64,000 nucleotides of DNA, taken from positions 105,294 through 169,293 of the forward strand of contig JBBSFH010000003.1 in NCBI GenBank assembly GCA_038238915.1, given 5' to 3'. Origin of the DNA: Sphingomonadales bacterium (GTDB lineage Bacteria; Pseudomonadota; Alphaproteobacteria; Sphingomonadales; Sphingomonadaceae). Each line of letters begins with the position of its first letter. The stretch's first letter is position 1. The position numbers and the translations under genes are program-made. Positions 18,822 to 26,876 of the stretch are shown here, piece by piece. The notes beneath the pieces are model-generated. The model saw only the letters and a program-made list of their open reading frames with translations, had not been told where the DNA came from and ran no database searches.

Positions 18822-19864
18822 TCCGTGACAGGCGCGGTGCGGTCGCGACGATCGTCGCGCTCGCCTCGCCCGCGCTGCTGGCTTCGATCGGCTTCGGCGT
18901 CGATTGGGGGCTGGTCCAGGCAAACCGCAGCGCGCTCCAGACCGCCGCCGACGCGACGGCAGCGGCGGGGCGCGAGGTGCTCGATCCCTTCAGTCAGATC
19001 GACACGCAGCCCAGAGTCCTTGATACCACCCAACGCTACGCCAAGACGCTGAACATCGTCAGCGAAGGCGCGACCGCCAAGGTGGATATGGGCTGGTACG
19101 ATCCCAGCACGCACAAGTTCGGCCCGCCCCAGACGAGCCAGAATGATGGCACGCTGTTCGCCAACGCGCTCCAGGTGACGATGAGCATCGATCACAAGCT
19201 GGTGTTCGGGCCGTTCCTGGGACTTGACACAATCACGCTGGCACGCCGGTCGATCGCTTATAAATGTTCCAACTCGGACTATCCCATCGCGCGGGTCGCG
19301 GACGACCTCGTGCCGCCGCCGCCGGACAAGCCCGCGATCTACCTCTCTTACGGCACGCCCAAGGATCCGACGGTGCGCGGTTGGGTGTACAAGAACCCGA
19401 GCACGGGGCGGTGGAATCCCGCGTATAAATTCTGGTCTCCCACCGACAAGGAAGATGTTTCGTTCGTCGTGACGCTGAGCGACGGGACGCTGCTCCAGGT
19501 CGACACATATTGTCGGGGCACTTACCTCGTGGTTCCCGATGCGTTCGATGTGCACGGCTATGTCAACTCCAGGAGGGTGATCTCGGCGGACGTCAATCGC
19601 GGGTCCACGAACAACAGTTTCGATATCTTCCCCGACCAGAGTAAATACCCGCTGGATAATCGCCATATCAGCGTGGATTATGCCGTGCCCGTGGGCGATC
19701 TGCTCGATCTCTACGGCGTCTACAAGCTGAAGCCTGCGGACTTGCGGACGATCACCTATCCTTGCGGCAATCCCTCCTCATGCCCGCAGCAGTGGATCGC
19801 CAACGCCAGCCCCAGCCCCGAACGTCGCACGACACTCGTGGAAGACGTGCGCAACCTTTTCTAG
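18803..19864 (+). CDS. TadG-like pilus-associated protein
   Basis: N-terminus MPLRRLIRDRRGAVATIVALASPALLASIGFGVDWGLVQANRSALQTAADATAAAG matches the TadG-type N-terminal domain pattern. Overlaps the tadE-like gene by 19 nt. Confidence 0.65.
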   Translation: MPLRRLIRDRRGAVATIVALASPALLASIGFGVDWGLVQANRSALQTAADATAAAGREVLDPFSQIDTQPRVLDTTQRYAKTLNIVSEGATAKVDMGWYDPSTHKFGPPQTSQNDGTLFANALQVTMSIDHKLVFGPFLGLDTITLARRSIAYKCSNSDYPIARVADDLVPPPPDKPAIYLSYGTPKDPTVRGWVYKNPSTGRWNPAYKFWSPTDKEDVSFVVTLSDGTLLQVDTYCRGTYLVVPDAFDVHGYVNSRRVISADVNRGSTNNSFDIFPDQSKYPLDNRHISVDYAVPVGDLLDLYGVYKLKPADLRTITYPCGNPSSCPQQWIANASPSPERRTTLVEDVRNLF

Positions 19865-20478
19865 GCACCGCCGGGGGCCGGACAAAAATCGCACGCGACC
19901 CACCTCGAGGATCGCCCCCAATACCTTGATCCAATGAGTTTGCGACCGCCGACGCATGTTCGGCGCAATAGCCTTGCAAACCTGATCGAGCGGCGAACGG
20001 CGCTGGCGGGATTGTGGGCGGCCCTGAGGAAACTTCCTGTTCTTGGCGTCCGTCTCTTGGAGATCACGACGTGAACGCCAGCATCAGAAGTTCAAGTCAC
20101 AAGGCTCGACCCAAAGAGTTCTCTGCACCCACGCCGGCGTCTACAACAAATTCAACGTGCAGCAGTTCCTGAGCGCCCGACCCACCCTCCGCGCTTTTTC
20201 TGGGCAGTGGCGCATACGACTTGGAGCGGCCGGTACCGCGAAGCTCATGCGAGCAGCGCCTAGACCGCAATCAGCGCACCCGAGTGCATCGCTATGAAGT
20301 CGTTTTGCTTCTTCCAACCTGTGGCTCGTGGGACACAGTGTGCAAACCGGTAACCGTTGCTCCGATTTCCGTGTGGTAGCTGAAGATGGAACCGGTTACA
20401 CCGTTCATGTTCGGCGCAGACGTAAAAAATGTCGCATCGGACTGGGGCCCGATTGGCCCGTCTTTGGGGAGCTGCGCT

Positions 20479-21516
20479 TTGGCCAATGCCACGATCAGGG
20501 ACGTCGCTCGCGCCGCCTCGGTTTCGGTCGCGTCGGTCTCGCGCGCGCTCAGCGGTCATGCGGCCGTGCGTCTCGCCACACGCGCGCGCATCGAGGAAGC
20601 CGCGCGTGGCCTGGATTACGTCCCACACGCGGGCGCGCGCAGCCTCAGCCTGGCGAAGGCGCACGCGATCGGCGTGGTGCTGCCTGATCTGCACGGAGAG
20701 TTCTTCTCCGAAATCGTGCGCGGAATGGACCGCGAGGCGCACGCCCGCGGCTTCCATCTGCTGCTCTCCAACATGCACGCCGATCCCGCGCATGCCGCCG
20801 TCGCGATCGGCACGATGCGCGGGCGGGTCGATGGGCTGGCGATCATGGCACCGGATATCTCGCCCGAACTGCTCGCCGCCAGCCTGCCGCGCGCATTGCC
20901 CGTGGTGCTGATCAACACCCCCGCCATCGGCGCACACCCCATTTTGTGCGTGGAAAACCGCGCGGCGGTCACCGCGATGACGCGCCACCTGATCGACACC
21001 GGCCGCCGCGCCATCGTCCACATCGCGGGCCCGCGCGGTAATATCGATGCCGACGCGCGGCGTGAGGGCTTCCTCGCCGCGATGGCCGCTGCAGGCCTGC
21101 CCGCGCGCGTCATCGACGGCGATTTCCACGAGGAGGGCGGGGCCGAGGCCGCGCGACGGCTGTTGGCCGATGGCGAGGCCGTCGATGCGGTATTTGCCGC
21201 CAACGACATGATGGCGATCGGCTGCCTGTTCGCATTCCGATCAGCAGGCGTCGATGTACCGGACCGCATTGCGGTCGCGGGCTTCGACGATATTCCCGCC
21301 GCGCGCTACGTATCGCCCTCGCTTACAACGATGCGCGTCGATATCGCCGAACTCGGCGCGCGCGCGGTGGCGCGCCTCGTCGGAGCGATCACCGGCGACG
21401 CGCCTGTGCACTTCGAAGCGCCGCACCCCGAGCTGATCGTGCGCGAAAGCACCGGGGGACGGCGAAAAATCATATCAGCGAACCAGAACGAAAGGGTATG
21501 CTATGACCAACCGTAA
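20479..21516 (+). CDS. LacI-family transcriptional regulator (start uncertain: TTG 20479; ORF opens at 20386)
   Basis: HTH ATIRDVARAASVSVASVSRALSG...ARIEEAARGLDYVPHAGARSLS, followed by a periplasmic-binding-fold sugar-sensor domain (AIGVVLPDL...VDGLAIM...VVLIN...ANDMMAIGCL...VAGFDD). Confidence 0.85.
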   Translation: MANATIRDVARAASVSVASVSRALSGHAAVRLATRARIEEAARGLDYVPHAGARSLSLAKAHAIGVVLPDLHGEFFSEIVRGMDREAHARGFHLLLSNMHADPAHAAVAIGTMRGRVDGLAIMAPDISPELLAASLPRALPVVLINTPAIGAHPILCVENRAAVTAMTRHLIDTGRRAIVHIAGPRGNIDADARREGFLAAMAAAGLPARVIDGDFHEEGGAEAARRLLADGEAVDAVFAANDMMAIGCLFAFRSAGVDVPDRIAVAGFDDIPAARYVSPSLTTMRVDIAELGARAVARLVGAITGDAPVHFEAPHPELIVRESTGGRRKIISANQNERVCYDQP

Positions 21517-24406
21517 GATGATGATCCGCGCGGCGCTCGCGTGTGCGACCGCAGCGTGTGGCGTTCTCGCCGTGGCTCCTGCGATTGCGCAGACAACTAC
21601 CGCGAGCGTGCTGGGGACGGTTGCAGGCGCGACCAGCGGCACCGTGACCGCGCGAAGCACCACTACCGGCTTCCAGGCCCGCGCCGCGATCGGCGCGGGG
21701 GGCGACTACGCGCTGACCGGTCTCACGCCGGGGACATATACGCTGACCGCGCCCGGACCCGGTGGGGCGACGATCACGCGCGAAGTGACGATTGGCATCG
21801 GCCAGAACCTGACGTTCGATTTCGGCCCGGCGGTTGCCAGCCAGCCCGTCGACGACAAAAATGCGATTGTCGTGACCGGCAGCCGCCTCGTCGAGACCCG
21901 CACGAGCGAGGTGGCGACTAACATCACGCCCGAGCAGATCCGGGTACTGCCGCAGACGGATCGCAACTTCCTGTCCTTTGCCGCGCTCGCGCCTGGTGTT
22001 CGCTATTCGGACAGCGAGACCGACAAGGGATTCAGCTCGGGCGCTTCGACCGCTAGCCAGGTCAACGTATTCGTCGACGGGCAGAGCCTGAAGAATGGCA
22101 TCACCGAGGGCGGCATCGCTGGTCAGCAGAACAGCCGCGGCAATCCCTTCCCGCAATTGGGCGTTCAGGAGTTCCGCGTACTGACACAGAACTACAAGGC
22201 CGAATACGAGCAGGCCGCCGCCGCGATCATCACTGCGGTGACCAAATCGGGAACGAACCAGTTTCATGGCGAATTGATCGGCGCTTACACAGACCGCTCG
22301 TTGTCCGAAACCGATGCGATCAATCGCGGGCGCAATTTGCCCAAGCCCGCTTTCGAGCGCAAACAGTACGGTGGCGCCCTCGGTGGACCGATCATCAAGG
22401 ACCATCTGTTCTTCTTCTTCACCTACGAAGGCAACGATCAAAACCGCGCCTTCAACGTGCAGGCGCGCGGCACGCCGGCGCAGCAAGCGGCCGTGGAGGC
22501 GAGTTCGGGTCGCAAGCTCTCCGAGTTTGCGGGCTCCTTTGTGAGCCCCTTCCGCGCCAAACTGTATTTCGGCAAGCTGACGTGGCAGCCCGACGATCGC
22601 AACCAGATCGATCTCAGCTACAGCCGCCGCGAGGAGACCGACGTCCAGGGCTTCGGCGACACGACCTCGTTCGAGACGGCGGAAAACAAAAAGAATCTTG
22701 TTGAAGGCTATAATCTCCGCTGGAAAATGAGGAACGATCGAGTATTGAACGAGGTGTCAGCTGACTACATCAACTATAACTTTAACCCGACGTCGATCAA
22801 TCCCAATCTGCCTACCTTTGACTACGCAGGCGTGATTCGATTCGGAGGCAAGGACTCGACGCGGACGATCCATCAGAAGACCTATACGTTCCGCGATGAT
22901 CTGACCGTATCGCACATCGACTGGCACGGATCGCATATCTTCAAGGGCGGCTTTAAGCTCGCGCTGCTAGATTTCGATTACATCGACGCGCGCGAGATTC
23001 AGCCGATCTACTTTTTCAACCAGGACGCGAGCAAGAACCTTGATTTTAGCTTCCCGTCTACGGCGATTTTAGGCACCGGCAATCCGCGGATCAAGGACTC
23101 GGATATTCAGCTCGGGCTTTTCGTACAGGACGACTGGAAGATCGACCGTCACTTGACGCTCAACCTCGGTGTGCGCTGGGATTATGAGACTAACCAGTTC
23201 AACAACAGTTATGTTACGCCGTCCAACGCGGTCGCGGTGCTACAGGGTTTGCGGCAGACTAATTACTTCAAGAGCAGCGACTTCATCAGCAACGGTTCAA
23301 ACCGCGATCCTTACCCGTATGCGATCCAGCCACGCATCGGATTATCCTACGATCTCCACGGCGATCAGCGCTGGGTAATCTTTGGTGGTTATGGGCGCTA
23401 CTTCGATCGTAACGCGTTCAACAATTCGCGTGACGAGCGCTTTCGCCAGCAATTTACCGATGGCCGTTTCGAATTTTCGCGCGATGGATTGCCGCGCAAC
23501 GGCAGCCCGACCATCGTCTTCGATCCCAAATATCTGACGCGAGACGGGTTGCTTGCGTTGCAGGCACAGGCGCTGACAGGGCTTCCTGAACTGTTCGCCG
23601 TCCAGAACAGTGCCAAGCCTCCAAAGACCGATCAGTTCAGCCTGGGCGTCCGCCACCGCATGGGCCCGGTAGTTGCCTCGGTGACGGGTAGCTACATCAT
23701 CGGCAAAAATGGCTTTACCAATCTGTTCGGATCACGCGATCCGGTGACAGGCAATTGCTGCGACACGGCGCTCGCACGGCAATATGGTTTCGGGAACGTG
23801 CTGGTCGGTCGGGATGACCTCAGCACGCGCTACTGGGGCCTCTATGTCCAGATCCAGAAGCCATACACGGAACGGTCGGGCTGGGGGTTGGACGTCGCCT
23901 ACACGCTCTCCAAGGCGCAGCAGGACGGCAACGATCTGTTCAGCCTCGATAAGGCCATTCCGTCGGACTACGGCTACCGCGATAGGCCCGGCACCGAACG
24001 GCACGTTCTCGTGCTATCGGGCCAAGTCGATCTGCCGTTCGGCTTCCGCTTCTCCACCCTGTCCACCTTCAGCAGCGGCTCGGCGTTCCAGGTGTTCGAT
24101 GCCACCAAGGGCTTCGATACCAATCAGGTCGTGATCCGTACCCAATATCCCGAGGCGAACTGCATCGGGATCTTCGCTCGCTGCGAGGTTAACCTCACGC
24201 TGGAAAAGGATTTCAAGCTGTTCCGCACGCACCAGCTCGGCTTCGCGGTCGATGTGCTGAACGCCTTCAACAACGATAACTACGGGAGCTTCCCAGGTTT
24301 CGTCTGTTGCGGGGGAAGTTCGGCCAACTTCGGTGATATCAAACAGGCCGGGAGCGTCATTACCCTGCCTCGGCGCTTTCAATTCCGCGCGTCCTACCGC
24401 TTCTAG
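21503..24406 (+). CDS. TonB-dependent outer-membrane receptor with N-terminal carboxypeptidase-regulatory-like domain (Oar-like)
   Basis: Signal peptide ...VLAVAPAIAQ. CarboxypepD_reg-like VLGTVAGA...GDYALTGLTPGTYTLTA. Plug IVVTGSRLVETRTSEVATNITPEQI. 967 aa ending in ...RFQFRASYRF (terminal Phe). Confidence 0.9.
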   Translation: MTNRKMMIRAALACATAACGVLAVAPAIAQTTTASVLGTVAGATSGTVTARSTTTGFQARAAIGAGGDYALTGLTPGTYTLTAPGPGGATITREVTIGIGQNLTFDFGPAVASQPVDDKNAIVVTGSRLVETRTSEVATNITPEQIRVLPQTDRNFLSFAALAPGVRYSDSETDKGFSSGASTASQVNVFVDGQSLKNGITEGGIAGQQNSRGNPFPQLGVQEFRVLTQNYKAEYEQAAAAIITAVTKSGTNQFHGELIGAYTDRSLSETDAINRGRNLPKPAFERKQYGGALGGPIIKDHLFFFFTYEGNDQNRAFNVQARGTPAQQAAVEASSGRKLSEFAGSFVSPFRAKLYFGKLTWQPDDRNQIDLSYSRREETDVQGFGDTTSFETAENKKNLVEGYNLRWKMRNDRVLNEVSADYINYNFNPTSINPNLPTFDYAGVIRFGGKDSTRTIHQKTYTFRDDLTVSHIDWHGSHIFKGGFKLALLDFDYIDAREIQPIYFFNQDASKNLDFSFPSTAILGTGNPRIKDSDIQLGLFVQDDWKIDRHLTLNLGVRWDYETNQFNNSYVTPSNAVAVLQGLRQTNYFKSSDFISNGSNRDPYPYAIQPRIGLSYDLHGDQRWVIFGGYGRYFDRNAFNNSRDERFRQQFTDGRFEFSRDGLPRNGSPTIVFDPKYLTRDGLLALQAQALTGLPELFAVQNSAKPPKTDQFSLGVRHRMGPVVASVTGSYIIGKNGFTNLFGSRDPVTGNCCDTALARQYGFGNVLVGRDDLSTRYWGLYVQIQKPYTERSGWGLDVAYTLSKAQQDGNDLFSLDKAIPSDYGYRDRPGTERHVLVLSGQVDLPFGFRFSTLSTFSSGSAFQVFDATKGFDTNQVVIRTQYPEANCIGIFARCEVNLTLEKDFKLFRTHQLGFAVDVLNAFNNDNYGSFPGFVCCGGSSANFGDIKQAGSVITLPRRFQFRASYRF

Positions 24407-24461
24407 ACCCTCCGGGGGCGGAGAGTTCTCCGCCCCCGTTCTCAGTCGTGGAGTTACCGCA

Positions 24462-25877
24462 GTGATCACTCGCCGCTCGCTCGTTGCCGGAGGAGCCGCG
24501 CTCGCTGCGCTTGCCCGGCCCACGCTGTCGCACGCCGCGTTATCGCCACGTTCCCCGTTGATCGATCAAATCGAAGAGCGCACCTTCCGATACTTCCAGG
24601 ACACCACGGACCCCCACACCGGCCTCGCCCCCGATCGCTGGCCCTCCGCCCCGTTCGCCAGCATCGCCGCCACGGGCTTCGCTCTCACCGCGCTCCCCAT
24701 CGGCGTCACCCGCGGGTGGATCACCCGCGAACAGGCCCGCGCCCGCACGCTCGCCACGCTGCGCTTCTTCTGGACTGCGCCCCAGGGCGACGCGCGCGGC
24801 GGCACCACCGGCTACAAGGGCTTCTTCTATCACTTCCTCGATCTGCGCCACGGCCACCGCACGGGTCGCTGCGAACTCTCCTCGGTGGACACTACGCTGC
24901 TGCTCGGCGGCATCCTGTTCGCGGGCCAATGGTTCGACGCCGATCATCCGCAAGAAGCCGAAATCCGCCGCCTCGCCGCCCAAATCTATGCGCGCGTTGA
25001 CTGGCGCTGGATGCAGGCGCGAAGCCCACGTATCGCCATGGGCTGGCATCCCGAAAACGGTTTCATCGCGCGCGACTGGACCGGCTACAACGAGGCGATG
25101 CTCGTCTACCTGCTCGCGCTCGCAGCGCCCGAGCATGGTGTCGGTCCCGACGCCTGGGCGGCGTGGTGCGCCACATACGGCGCGAACTGGCGCGGCGAGG
25201 GGGCCACACGCCACCTCGCCTTCGCTCCGCACTTCGGCCACCAGTATAGCCACGGCTGGGTCGATTTCCGGGGGATCCGCGATGCCGCGATGCGCGAGGC
25301 AGGGCTCGACTATTTCGAGAACAGCCGCCGCGCCACCTACGCGCAGCGCGCCTACGCGATCCAGAACCCGATGGGGTGGCGGGGCTATCGCGCCGACATT
25401 TGGGGGCTGACCGCGTGCGATGGTCCCGGATCGGGGAACGTGATCGCGGGCGACCACAGTCGCCGGCTGCGCGGCTATTCGGCGCGCGGTCCCGTCGGGT
25501 TCCCGGACGGCTTCGACGATGGCACGCTCGCCCCCACCGCCGCGATCGCCTCGCTGCCGTTCGCACCCGAGATCGTCGTGCCATGCGCGGAGGCGATGGT
25601 GCGGCTGCACGGTTCAAGAATTTACGGGCGCCATGGTTTCGCGGACTCGTTCAACCCGAGCGTGCGGGGGATCGGCGTGCATTCCCGCTTCGGCACGATC
25701 GACGCAGAGCATGGCTGGGTTGCGAACGATCGGCTCGGCATCGATCAGGGGCCGATCCTCGCGATGATCGCCAACGCCAGGGACGAACTGGTCTGGCGCA
25801 CGATGCGCCGCAACCCGGTCATTCGGCGTGGTCTCGAACGTGCGGGCTTCACGGGTGGTTGGCTCGCGTCGGCGTGA
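24462..25877 (+). CDS. GH144-like (putative endo-beta-1,2-glucanase / 'glucoamylase-like' DUF3131) periplasmic enzyme
   Basis: GTG at 24462, 8 nt after GGAG, inside ORF 24333..25877. Tat-type leader VITRRSLVAGGAALAALARPTLSHA. Blocks FRYFQDTTDPHTGLAPDR, SIAATGFALTA, GFFYHFLD, ELSSVDTTLLLGGILFA, WGLTACDGPG, DGTLAPTAAIASLPFAPE and LGIDQGPILAMIAN match my recollection of this family. Confidence 0.7.
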   Translation: MITRRSLVAGGAALAALARPTLSHAALSPRSPLIDQIEERTFRYFQDTTDPHTGLAPDRWPSAPFASIAATGFALTALPIGVTRGWITREQARARTLATLRFFWTAPQGDARGGTTGYKGFFYHFLDLRHGHRTGRCELSSVDTTLLLGGILFAGQWFDADHPQEAEIRRLAAQIYARVDWRWMQARSPRIAMGWHPENGFIARDWTGYNEAMLVYLLALAAPEHGVGPDAWAAWCATYGANWRGEGATRHLAFAPHFGHQYSHGWVDFRGIRDAAMREAGLDYFENSRRATYAQRAYAIQNPMGWRGYRADIWGLTACDGPGSGNVIAGDHSRRLRGYSARGPVGFPDGFDDGTLAPTAAIASLPFAPEIVVPCAEAMVRLHGSRIYGRHGFADSFNPSVRGIGVHSRFGTIDAEHGWVANDRLGIDQGPILAMIANARDELVWRTMRRNPVIRRGLERAGFTGGWLASA

Positions 25878-26210
25878 TGCCATGTCCGCGCGTCCGCGCT
25901 AATTTCAAGTACTGATGATCGAAGACGGGCTTGTGTAGTGATCGGGCTGCGCCTCGGTTCGGTCGCGCCTCGCATGTGTGCCAAGATATATTGCCATGGT
26001 AACTGGCTTTCCGACTCGTCCAAATAGATCGACGAGACTAACATAATGTGAAAGCTCTTCGTTACTGACGTGCAAATATATGGAACTTATGTGAGCGTAT
26101 GTCGCAGCCATATCATCAAATCTGTTGACATGGTTCGATGCGAAAGCGCGCGGTCGCGCCTGAAGCCATAAAACTGAGCCTGCATCGCTATCGAACAATT
26201 TGCCTTTCCA

Positions 26211-26876
26211 ATGAACGCTGCCGCAGGCGGGGCCGACGGTTTTGCGGCAAACATGATGGCTGGCATCGTGATCGGCGATGGGTCGACGACGCCTCGTTCG
26301 CTCCAGCCACAGTCCTTTCGGCAGTTGCTGCAGACCGCCACCGGCGAGACTCATCAGCGATTGCACCATCATTCCGGCCTTTCAGCAGTGCAAGACGGCA
26401 CGATCAGCCGATCGGACTACCGAAGCCTGCTCGAACGCCTCCATGGATTCCATCGCGCTTTCGAACTCGCAGCAGGTCTCACCGCCGAGCGTAGTGTGTG
26501 GCTGGCGCTCGATATCGAGGCGCTGGGTGGCTTCGATCAACCGGGCGGCTCGCCGCCGCTATGTCCTGCCATGCCAGACTTCGATACGGCCGAAAGCGTC
26601 CTCGGCGCGCTCTATGTCGTCGAAGGCTCGGCGCTCGGCGGGCGTAGCCTGGCGCGTGGCCTCGATCGCCTGCTCGGGCCCGGGACGCCGCACGGTCGGC
26701 GCTTCTTCGAAGGGCGCGGTCAGGAAACAGGCGCGGCGTGGCGCGCGTTCCTTGTCCGTCTGGAGCACGCATCGAGAGAATCATCCGCGCGCGCTGCGGT
26801 CATCGAAAGCGCTGTCGAGACGTTTTCGGTGTTCGAGAAGTGGCTCAACGGTTGGAGTACAGCGGATGCCAGTTGA
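26211..26876 (+). CDS. bphO: Heme oxygenase (biliverdin-producing, BphO-type)
   Basis: 221 aa. Heme-oxygenase-like helical pattern (FRQLLQTATGETHQRLHHH..., DYRSLLERLHGFH, ALYVVEGSALGG). Lies directly upstream of the phytochrome gene and overlaps it by 11 nt. Confidence 0.75.
   Translation: MNAAAGGADGFAANMMAGIVIGDGSTTPRSLQPQSFRQLLQTATGETHQRLHHHSGLSAVQDGTISRSDYRSLLERLHGFHRAFELAAGLTAERSVWLALDIEALGGFDQPGGSPPLCPAMPDFDTAESVLGALYVVEGSALGGRSLARGLDRLLGPGTPHGRRFFEGRGQETGAAWRAFLVRLEHASRESSARAAVIESAVETFSVFEKWLNGWSTADAS

Noticed and set aside
20260-20492. Small or antisense ORFs around the lacI 5' end (20292..20492 minus, 66 aa; 20260..21129 minus, 289 aa; lacI start at 20386)
   Set aside because: I recognised no motifs. 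The 289-aa ORF is antisense to lacI. The region upstream of 20479 more plausibly holds the operator-like boxes and the promoter. The 66-aa ORF cannot be supported from sequence alone.
26278-26865. N-terminal 196-aa extension of the phytochrome track ORF (start at 26278)
   Set aside because: The extension overlaps bphO out of frame and is Arg/Ser-rich nonsense. The canonical phytochrome N-terminus (MPVEIEPITGVIDATNCDREPIH) starts at the ATG at 26866, which has an SD.
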